Translations under genes and position numbers: made by a program
Part shown: piece after piece, positions 37,432-44,938 of the stretch
How the letters are laid out: each line of letters starts with the position of its first letter
How positions within the stretch are numbered: position 1 is the stretch's first letter
The notes under the pieces: model-generated
Told to the model about the DNA's origin: nothing
The model's input: the letters and a program-made list of their open reading frames with translations, nothing else
Database searches by the model: none
Source of the DNA: Alphaproteobacteria bacterium
Lineage (GTDB): Bacteria > Pseudomonadota > Alphaproteobacteria > MPNO01
Assembly: GCA_965202835.1 (NCBI GenBank)
Contig: CBDBCA010000006.1
Coordinates: forward strand, 806,035 to 870,034
Direction: 5' to 3'
Length of the DNA stretch: 64,000 bases

Positions 37432-37605
37432 TTCGGTGCCCGACAGCGGGTTCTCCAGACGATTCATGATCGGTTGGGAACGTAGATCCTGCCCGCCATT
37501 CGGCGCCCGGGTCACCGCCAACTTGAACATCGGATCCGCGCGCAGGCCGTCGGCGCCCTCCTGGCGATGCGACATTCGATAGCGGTTGCCGTATGGCGAG
37601 CGCCA
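37432..37605 (-). mobile_element. IS1380-family transposase gene fragment (N-terminal piece only)
   Basis: The minus-strand translation '...LRADPMFKLAVTRAPNGGQDLRSQPIMNRLEN' matches from memory the conserved IS1380 N-terminal motif (DP.fKl...r.p....LaSQPTlSRlEN). No intact ORF is present. Confidence 0.5.
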
Positions 37606-37643
37606 TGCCATCTTGTGGTTGACAACAAGATGGATGGTCCAAA

Positions 37644-38123
37644 GTGCCAGTGAAATACACACCGGGTCAACTCCGGAGCGTGATAGGTATCTCACAACCG
37701 ACTTATCGCCATTGGAAGAAGGCTTTAGGGCCACTTCGTCGGGAGGTGGGACATAGTCCATGTTTCACTGCCGGGGATCTGCTTGCTGTCGCAGTGGTAC
37801 GTAGCCTGACGGCCGATTTTGCTATTCGCGTCGGCGCGATCTCAGCCGTTGCCGAAGCCCTGTTCAACACTTGCAATGTGGGGGTTTGGCCGGCTCTTGA
37901 GCGCGGCAAGCTAGTCGTCGATCTGGCAAACAAGGACCTAAAGCTGTTATCGGAGGCCGATATCATCCTTTGTGACGCAGCGGTATTGGTTATTCCGATC
38001 GGACCAATAGTCGGGAAACTGCGTAGTGCGCTACTGACTGAGGGGCAACTTGATAGTCAAGAGTCGCTTCGTTTTCCACCAACGCCGTTGCCATCGAAGA
38101 TTGAGGCAGCGACGAGGCTATAG
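37644..38123 (+). CDS. hypothetical protein with a putative N-terminal HTH; first gene of the MTase-PIN operon
   Basis: 159 aa with a GTG start. 'LRSVIGISQPTYRHWKK' looks like a MerR/AlpA-type HTH. Its stop is 2 nt before the MTase start, and it marks the start of lower-GC DNA. Confidence 0.5.
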   Translation: MPVKYTPGQLRSVIGISQPTYRHWKKALGPLRREVGHSPCFTAGDLLAVAVVRSLTADFAIRVGAISAVAEALFNTCNVGVWPALERGKLVVDLANKDLKLLSEADIILCDAAVLVIPIGPIVGKLRSALLTEGQLDSQESLRFPPTPLPSKIEAATRL

Positions 38124-38125
38124 CT

Positions 38126-40621
38126 ATGAATGCCGTTGACGTCATCGCTGAGGCCGCACGATCTACAGGCTACCGTGAAGAAGCGATCGTACGCGACTAT
38201 CTATTCGCCGACGTCCTCGATCCTACAGACACGACCAGGGAGGTTGCTCTGGCTGCATTCACTCAGACACCTCCATCGTACCGATCAGCTGCTCTCGCCG
38301 CGGTATCGTTACCAGGGGGAGGTGACACGACAGAATTGGTGCAGGCGCATCGAGCCCTAGGTGCACCTCTTCTATTCGTCATTGAGGGAGAACAACTTTC
38401 ACTCTGGCAGGTTCGCGGCGACACACCGCGCTGCCTATATAAGAACCTGCGCGTTGGGGATGTATCGGGAGTGTTCGAACGGAACCAGGAAGAATGGTGC
38501 CCCGACGCGATCCATCGAGCAAAATCGATCGGTGCCATCGACGAGAGCTATCAGTTGGACTTCGTGGATCTCGGTTTATTGCCGGCATTAGAAGGTGAGA
38601 TTCATGCCAAACTTGATCGTCTAATAGTCGACTCGCTTGTCGCTGCGACCGATGACCAAGACGGAAGGCTACCAGAAACGCGAATACTTTTTCCGGTCCT
38701 ATTTCGCCTGCTAGCTGCAAAAGTTTTGCAGGACCGAGGTCACCCCGACGCCGAGGGCTGGAATGTCAATAATCTAGTCGAGACATTGCATGGCATCGAA
38801 TCTTACTATTCTCTTCCATCCGTAATGATAAGAGGTCATCGAAATCTACGGTCAGCCTTCTCAGCCGCTTGGGAATGTCTGCGTAAAGGTCTTAGCTTCG
38901 CCAATATATCATCAGACGACCTCGCCTTTGTCTACGAGAATACGCTCGTTACTCCCGAAACCAGAAAGCATTTTGGTACACATAGTACGCCGCGGCAGCT
39001 TGCCGAATATGCGGTGGCAAGATTAGAGCTTCATCGATATGAGCCAGACGCATTACGCATTTATGAACCATTTACGGGTGCTGGAACATTCCTTGTGTCA
39101 GCGCTTCGGCATATGCGGGAATTGTTGGCGGTCGAATGGAGCGACGCCCAACGTCATGACTTTCTTGTTGAACGTATTTCAGGTGATGAAATCGATCCTT
39201 TCGCCTGTGAAGTGGCAAAACTGTCTCTGATACTGGCAGATTATCCCAATAGGAATAGCTGGTGTATTACACAAACAGATCTTTTCAAAGATAATTTACT
39301 AATGGAGCACATGTCTGGTCGTAATATCATTTTGTGTAATCCGCCATTTGAAAATTTCAATGGCGAGGAACGATCTCGTTATCCCATCGCTAACACCTCC
39401 CTTTCCAAACCTACCTTGGCGTTAGAAGCGGCGCTTGCCGCGCACCCGTTTGCGCTTGGCTTCGTTCTTCCCCATTCATTCCTTACGAGCAAAAAATACG
39501 CCAGACAGAGAAAAAAAATCGAGAAATTATATGACCACGTAGAATTGGTGGAGTTACCCAAACATATATTTCGCGCTTCTGTCATTGAATCATCTCTCCT
39601 GATTGCCCGCAAGTCTTGCACAAGACAACCCTCTATGCTCAGTTTGCGGTCAACGGAGGTGTGGGGTCGTGATCGCACCGACTTCCTGAAAACCGGAAGG
39701 ATCACGACGGCACGTAACGAGCAGCGTGTTATTCAGGATTTTCCTACCGGTGACCTTTGGATTCCAGCGCTCAAGGACATTTGGGACTATCAGAAGGCGC
39801 TACCGCGATTGGACGACCATTTCATCATTCACCGAGGACTTGAGTGGCAATCGGATCAAGATGCAGCTTGGAGCAATCACCGTCGAACCGGTTACAGGCG
39901 GGGATTCCACACAGCGCGCAAGTTGAAGCAGTTTCAGTTGCCGAAACCCGTATGGCTCGACTGTAGGGAAGAAAGACTACGAGGCGAGGCAATCAAGCTC
40001 CCGTGGCACCAGCGGAAACTTGTTGTAAATGCCGGACGTTTAAGCATTGGTCCGTGGCGCATTGCGGCAATGACAGACTGGGACGGATTGTTGTGCTCTC
40101 AACAGTTCTTTGGACTATGGCCGCGTGAGCATCTTTCAGATCGTCAGCTTCTGGCATACACGGCGACCTTGAACGGTCCACTTGCAAATGCCTTTCTCGC
40201 CACTCATTGGTCTGCAAAGGGCATTAGAATCTCCTCCGTTCGCCAAATACCGATACCTCCATTTCTACCATTACATATTGGAGAATTAGTGGCAGAATAT
40301 GCTTTTAAGAAACGTGCAGAGAGCGGATTAGATTTGTTGGACGGCGAACAGCAAGAAGCTCTTGCAAAGATTGATGCGGAGGTCCTAAGGTCTTATGATT
40401 TACCCCTAAGATTTGAGCGGCAATTGTTGAAGTATTTTCGAGATGCAAAACGTCCTGTTGCACACAATTGGCAACACTGGGACGTAATGGATCCGACTCC
40501 AGGCCTTACGCTTGCAGAACGTACGTCTAGACGCTTCGACGTTCAAACCTCATGGATTCGTGAGGTCTTCCAGCCTTTGCCAGATGATGAAGCAGAGATA
40601 CTGAGAGCGTATGGGGGATGA
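38126..40621 (+). CDS. N6-adenine DNA methyltransferase-like protein (gamma-class, Eco57I/TaqI-like) with large N- and C-terminal extensions
   Basis: 831 aa. It has motif X 'FGTHSTPRQLAEY', motif I 'YEPFTGAGTF' (39062-39091) and motif IV 'NPPF' (39338-39349). The C-terminal ~400 aa is TRD-like. I recognised no PD-(D/E)xK nuclease motif in the N-terminal ~290 aa. Confidence 0.75.
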   Translation: MNAVDVIAEAARSTGYREEAIVRDYLFADVLDPTDTTREVALAAFTQTPPSYRSAALAAVSLPGGGDTTELVQAHRALGAPLLFVIEGEQLSLWQVRGDTPRCLYKNLRVGDVSGVFERNQEEWCPDAIHRAKSIGAIDESYQLDFVDLGLLPALEGEIHAKLDRLIVDSLVAATDDQDGRLPETRILFPVLFRLLAAKVLQDRGHPDAEGWNVNNLVETLHGIESYYSLPSVMIRGHRNLRSAFSAAWECLRKGLSFANISSDDLAFVYENTLVTPETRKHFGTHSTPRQLAEYAVARLELHRYEPDALRIYEPFTGAGTFLVSALRHMRELLAVEWSDAQRHDFLVERISGDEIDPFACEVAKLSLILADYPNRNSWCITQTDLFKDNLLMEHMSGRNIILCNPPFENFNGEERSRYPIANTSLSKPTLALEAALAAHPFALGFVLPHSFLTSKKYARQRKKIEKLYDHVELVELPKHIFRASVIESSLLIARKSCTRQPSMLSLRSTEVWGRDRTDFLKTGRITTARNEQRVIQDFPTGDLWIPALKDIWDYQKALPRLDDHFIIHRGLEWQSDQDAAWSNHRRTGYRRGFHTARKLKQFQLPKPVWLDCREERLRGEAIKLPWHQRKLVVNAGRLSIGPWRIAAMTDWDGLLCSQQFFGLWPREHLSDRQLLAYTATLNGPLANAFLATHWSAKGIRISSVRQIPIPPFLPLHIGELVAEYAFKKRAESGLDLLDGEQQEALAKIDAEVLRSYDLPLRFERQLLKYFRDAKRPVAHNWQHWDVMDPTPGLTLAERTSRRFDVQTSWIREVFQPLPDDEAEILRAYGG

Positions 40622-40627
40622 GCGATC

Positions 40628-41131
40628 GTGGATGGGTGCATTCTTGACACTAGCGTTTTATCCATTTGCTTGGATTCTTCACACTCGCGGCACGACGACA
40701 TACAAACCGAATTTACAAAGATAGAGAAGAATGCAGTGTTATTTCTTTCCACGATTTCTTTGGGGGAGTTGGAATTCGGTGTGCGGCTTGCAAAGGTGTT
40801 TGGTGGGAGACCGCTGCCGGTGCTTGAGCAGATGTTGATCGATGCACGAAGGTATGGAATTCTGGATGTGACTAGCCATACCTCCGCATCTTATGGTGAA
40901 TTGAAATCCAATCTTGCGGAGACCTATCTCGCGGACGCAAGCCGTAGGGGCCGACGACGTTGGGTGGAAGATTGGATTGATAAGACGAGCGGGAAAAGGC
41001 TTCAGATAGATGAGAATGACTTATGGATATGTGCTCAGGCCAAGGAACGCGATTTGTTGGTTGTCACTGCAGATAAACGCATGCAGCGGATCGCTGATGC
41101 AGACACGGAAGTGCGTCTCCGTATAATATGA
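40628..41131 (+). CDS. PIN-domain nuclease (VapC-like) without a recognisable VapB partner
   Basis: 167 aa with a GTG start. The PIN acidic residues are in the contexts 'ILDTSVL', 'LGELEFG', 'ENDLWICAQA' and 'VVTADK'. It is in the same reading frame as the MTase, separated by TGA plus 2 codons. Confidence 0.75.
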   Translation: MDGCILDTSVLSICLDSSHSRHDDIQTEFTKIEKNAVLFLSTISLGELEFGVRLAKVFGGRPLPVLEQMLIDARRYGILDVTSHTSASYGELKSNLAETYLADASRRGRRRWVEDWIDKTSGKRLQIDENDLWICAQAKERDLLVVTADKRMQRIADADTEVRLRII

Positions 41132-41427
41132 CAATCGGCAGCGTCGCGTGGGATATTTCGACTCGGAGAGGACTACGGGTCGGTGCCAGCCGCTGGTCGT
41201 GTTGAAGCCGCCGCATAGCCTCTATATCGAGACCCCCTTTTGGCTTGGACAGCAATCATGACCCTCCTTACTCCGAAATGTAGTGCATACACCATGCGCC
41301 ACCATAGGCAACGCGCCACTGCTGCATTGAACTATTTCCGGAACGGAGTTTGAGTATCCGTCGTGCGCGGAGCGTGAAGAGACGTCCTCCAGCCGTTCCG
41401 AACGGGCGTCATCGTCCGGTGTGGGAA

Positions 41428-42078
41428 TCACTCCCACCACCAACCCATCATCCCTTCTTCCACATACGCGTGGACATCCAGCTTGCCGTCGCCGAAACGG
41501 ACGGTATTCACAATATCGTTCAATAGCTCCTTTTCATCGGACGCGTTTCTCGATCTCCACAGGGAGACGAACAATTCTGTCTCCCCGCCGTAGTGGTCGA
41601 CGAGCGTCGTGAAAATCGCGTTCGTTTCGCCTTCGACTAGCTCCATCGCCAGTTCGTACAGCCGCTCGTCGTCGACGTCCTCGTCTTCGTCAAGACTTTC
41701 CGCGACGGTTTCGAGTGTGCCCATCCGACGAGCGAGCTCCCACAGATCCTCGGTGTCCACATTCAAGGAATCGAGATACCGAGAGAGGGGAACGTGTTCG
41801 GAAAAATATCCCCCGAGTTCCGAGAAATTCCCGGCCGCCTGGTAAATGCCGAGATACATCGCCAACAGGCAAACAGCCCGTAGCCTGGGCACCGTCCGGT
41901 CGAACCCGACTTCCTCGGACTCGGCTGCGCCGGTCAGACCCGCCTTCTCCAACGCGCCCCAAGATTCCCTGTACCATCCAAGTTCGGGCGTGTCGACGAT
42001 GACGCAACCGTGTTCCCGGAAGAATCCCTCGACCTGAACCCACCGGAGCGATTCCCTTTCAGATGCCGAGGTCGTCAT
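41428..42078 (-). CDS. hypothetical, extremely acidic protein co-transcribed with hsdRMS
   Basis: 216 aa with about 45 Asp/Glu versus about 17 Lys/Arg by my count, including a 'SLDEDEDVDDE' run. Its start overlaps the 3' end of hsdS by 20 nt. I recognised no family. Confidence 0.6.
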   Translation of the reverse strand: MTTSASERESLRWVQVEGFFREHGCVIVDTPELGWYRESWGALEKAGLTGAAESEEVGFDRTVPRLRAVCLLAMYLGIYQAAGNFSELGGYFSEHVPLSRYLDSLNVDTEDLWELARRMGTLETVAESLDEDEDVDDERLYELAMELVEGETNAIFTTLVDHYGGETELFVSLWRSRNASDEKELLNDIVNTVRFGDGKLDVHAYVEEGMMGWWWE

Positions 42079-43300
42079 CGCTCCCTCTGTTGGGTTCGTC
42101 GTGCGCGATATCCAGCAACCGATTCATCAGAGAGGCGGTCAGGGCATTGGCACTCTCGGAGCCGGAATGTCCAACGTTACCCGCGGACCGAACGCTGTTG
42201 AGGATTTGCACGAATTTACTTTGCCGCTCCAACGGTGGAACAGGAAGCTTCAAGCTTTCCAAGCTACGAATGTTGACGTTGTAGTTTCCCGCAGTGGTCC
42301 GTGCCAGCCGTAAAATGGCCTGCCGCATCGGCGGTAGTTCAAGGCATGTCGAGACATATCCGGGGATTGCGCGCGCACTCGACGCAAGACGTAATCGAAT
42401 AAGGTACGAAGCGTATGCTGCTTTGCGGCCATCGGTGAATACTGCGCATCTGCCTACATAATCCGGATTGCCGTTTGTACGAACGAACAAAAGGTCTCCT
42501 TGTTCCAAGAGGAGTGTTTCTGTTTCTCTTTCAGTAAGAGAAGTAAATTTAATGTCATGCCAATTGATCGCGTTTCCCAATACGTTGGGAATACGCAGGA
42601 TCGGAATATCCCCATTGCGTGGCTCACTTAGGCATTTCCTTGAAGTGCCGTACCGAAATTCGTGGGCGAGTTGCGCAAGGCTCTCAATACCCCAACCCAT
42701 CGGATTCTCGACCGGATCGCCGAACATCCTGACGAACAGCGCGGGGACGAATTCCCGCAGCCGGTCCTGAGCCTGCGCGCGCAGCTGCTCGATTTTCGCC
42801 GCCCGGTTCAGAATGCCGACGATCCGCTGTTGCTCATCGAGCAATGGAAGGGGAACAGGGAGCTCCGCAACATCTTTGGGATACAAGTGTAGCCCGGTTA
42901 CCGCGCCCCTCAGCGCCGAGCGTCCCGCGTCGGAGTTCAACCACCAGTATATTAGCGCTGGCTCGATTCGGTCACGATTAGGACGCACAATAGTCCATTC
43001 GCCAACCGGTAAGGAACGTTCCACTTCCTTTTCTGCGAAGTACAGTTTGCTGCCGACATGAGAAGCACTATGTGCGGAATTTAGAATTAGAATGTCGTTT
43101 TCGTTTATCCACTTGGACGGGTATTTTAATGCAAAGTCGGTATCCACAAAATTGTCAAATTCACCAGAAAAACGTCGATCTGGTCTAACATCTTTAACCT
43201 TTAATACTGGATGTCCCGATGATCGCTTGTCCTTCTTCGAGGGTGTTTTCCCGTTGAAGACTTCCGCCACCTCACCAATGGGAACATTGGTGCCGCTCAT
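42059..43300 (-). CDS. hsdS: Type I restriction-modification system specificity subunit
   Basis: 413 aa with two target-recognition halves separated by the conserved 'LPLLDEQQRIVGILN...' and 'LPVPPLERQSKFVQIL' helices. It has an ATGA overlap with hsdM. Confidence 0.9.
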   Translation of the reverse strand: MSGTNVPIGEVAEVFNGKTPSKKDKRSSGHPVLKVKDVRPDRRFSGEFDNFVDTDFALKYPSKWINENDILILNSAHSASHVGSKLYFAEKEVERSLPVGEWTIVRPNRDRIEPALIYWWLNSDAGRSALRGAVTGLHLYPKDVAELPVPLPLLDEQQRIVGILNRAAKIEQLRAQAQDRLREFVPALFVRMFGDPVENPMGWGIESLAQLAHEFRYGTSRKCLSEPRNGDIPILRIPNVLGNAINWHDIKFTSLTERETETLLLEQGDLLFVRTNGNPDYVGRCAVFTDGRKAAYASYLIRLRLASSARAIPGYVSTCLELPPMRQAILRLARTTAGNYNVNIRSLESLKLPVPPLERQSKFVQILNSVRSAGNVGHSGSESANALTASLMNRLLDIAHDEPNRGSDDDLGI

Positions 43301-44928
43301 TCTGCCGCGGGCTCCCGCACCGCCTCCGCCAACTCGTCGATCTCCCCCAATATCTCCGTCTCTATGGCTCGCAGCTCGTCCAGTATCTCCAGCGGATCGC
43401 GATGCTCCACCCTCGCCCGGCTCTGCGGCCGGTGGCGGTTGGCGCTAAGGTTGAAGTCGGCTTCGCGGATGGCGTCGGCTTCGGCGAACCACCAGTTTTC
43501 GGTCCAGTCGGCATCTGGGTCGCGGTCCCGCCATGCCGTCCATCCCTCCTCCCGGTCGCGGAACGCCTCGATCAGGCCGGGCAGGTCGTCTTCGTCGATG
43601 GGTTGGTCGTGGTTGGCGTCCAACTTGAAGCCGTCGTTCTCGGCGTGGAGGAACATGACGCGTCCGGTCGTCCCGTCCTTGCGGAAGACGAGCACCGAGG
43701 TCTTGACCCCGGCATAGGGGTTGAACACGCCGCCGGGAAGGGACAGCACCGCCTCCACTGTGTTGTTCTCGACCAGCTTGCGGCGCAGCTCCCGGTGCGC
43801 GCCCGTCGAGCCAAACAGCACACCCTCCGGCACCACGACGCCGCAGCGCCCGCCGTCTCGCAGGTGGTTCAGCATGTATTGCAGGAACAGGAGCTCCGTC
43901 TGCGCGGTGCGCCCGACCTTTACCTCCTCGACGATCCGGTCCTTGTCGAGCCGGCCGGAAAATGGCGGGTTGGCGAGAATGACATCGAAGCCCTGCACCG
44001 GGAGCCCGAGTTCCGCCTTTGCCGCGCGGTCGAGCGAGCGGGTGAGCGCGTCGCGGCGCAGGATGCGCACCCGATCGAGACCACGCAGCGTCAGGTTCAT
44101 GGTGGCGAGGCGGACCATTTGAGGGTCCACGTCGGCACCGTAGAACGTCGCATCCTCCAATTGTTCGACGGCCTCCCTGCCCAGCATATCGCCCAGGCCG
44201 CGCCGGATCGTCTCGCCCTCCGCTTCCACCTCCTCGATGCCGGCGGGCGACGAGTTGGCGAGCCGGATATGATCCCACGCGGCCACAAGGAAGCCCGCCG
44301 TCCCCGCCGCCGGGTCGTAAATCGTCTCGCCAATCCTGGGATCGACCAGCCGGACCAGGGCGCGGATGACGTGGCGCGGCGTCCGGAACTGGCCGAGCTC
44401 CCCCGCCTGCCTGATCTGGCGGAGCACGTGCTCGAACAGGTCGCCCTTGGTGTCGGCGTCCACCCGCTCCAGCTCCAGGTCGTTCAACTGGCTCACGACC
44501 TGGGTGAGCACGTTGGGCTCGTCGATCACCAGCCGGGCGCCATCCATGAAGTCGGTGACGCCGCTGGCCGCGAGTTCGGCATGGAAGGGGAAAACCTCCT
44601 CCCGTACCCAGTTGACCAGCGGCGGCCCGTTCAGCGCCTGCGCCCAGGACGACCAGCGCAGGCGTTCGCGCGGCACCGTCTCGACGCCGGTGTCCGGCGC
44701 GTTGCGCGGATTGCGCAGCGCCCATTCGCCTTCGAAGGCGCTGACATGGGGTTCGGAGCCGGGCCGGCGGGCGGCGCGCACGCGGGCCGCATCCGCCGCC
44801 TCGTACATGTAGAAATAGATCAGGAAGCTGAGCTGTTCCGCGTTCTGGGCGGGGTTGGGATAGCCGCCGCCGTACAGGTAATCGCGGATGCGGTCGATGC
44901 CGCTTCGGAGCTCGGGCGTCATGGGCAT
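43297..44928 (-). CDS. hsdM: Type I restriction-modification system methyltransferase subunit
   Basis: It has an HsdM N-terminal domain, motif I 'DPAAGTAGFL' and motif IV 'NPPF' (ILANPPFSG). The start is set at the Met after the hsdR stop; the ORF track start at 44976 would overlap hsdR. Confidence 0.9.
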   Translation of the reverse strand: MPMTPELRSGIDRIRDYLYGGGYPNPAQNAEQLSFLIYFYMYEAADAARVRAARRPGSEPHVSAFEGEWALRNPRNAPDTGVETVPRERLRWSSWAQALNGPPLVNWVREEVFPFHAELAASGVTDFMDGARLVIDEPNVLTQVVSQLNDLELERVDADTKGDLFEHVLRQIRQAGELGQFRTPRHVIRALVRLVDPRIGETIYDPAAGTAGFLVAAWDHIRLANSSPAGIEEVEAEGETIRRGLGDMLGREAVEQLEDATFYGADVDPQMVRLATMNLTLRGLDRVRILRRDALTRSLDRAAKAELGLPVQGFDVILANPPFSGRLDKDRIVEEVKVGRTAQTELLFLQYMLNHLRDGGRCGVVVPEGVLFGSTGAHRELRRKLVENNTVEAVLSLPGGVFNPYAGVKTSVLVFRKDGTTGRVMFLHAENDGFKLDANHDQPIDEDDLPGLIEAFRDREEGWTAWRDRDPDADWTENWWFAEADAIREADFNLSANRHRPQSRARVEHRDPLEILDELRAIETEILGEIDELAEAVREPAAE

Positions 44929-44938
44929 GGGTGTGTTC

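Noticed and set aside
38126-40621. The 831-aa MTase-like protein as BREX PglX, or as a Type IIG restriction-modification enzyme.
   Set aside because: No PglZ, BrxC/PglY, BrxA/B or BrxL-like genes are nearby, and the protein is shorter than typical PglX. I recognised no PD-(D/E)xK or other nuclease motif in its N-terminal region, so a self-contained Type IIG enzyme is not supported either. A database search could overturn this.
40400-40627. A small VapB-type antitoxin ORF upstream of the PIN gene.
   Set aside because: The space is fully occupied by the 3' end of the MTase ORF, leaving only a 6-nt gap, and no alternative-frame small ORF with an RHH, AbrB or Phd-like pattern was seen.
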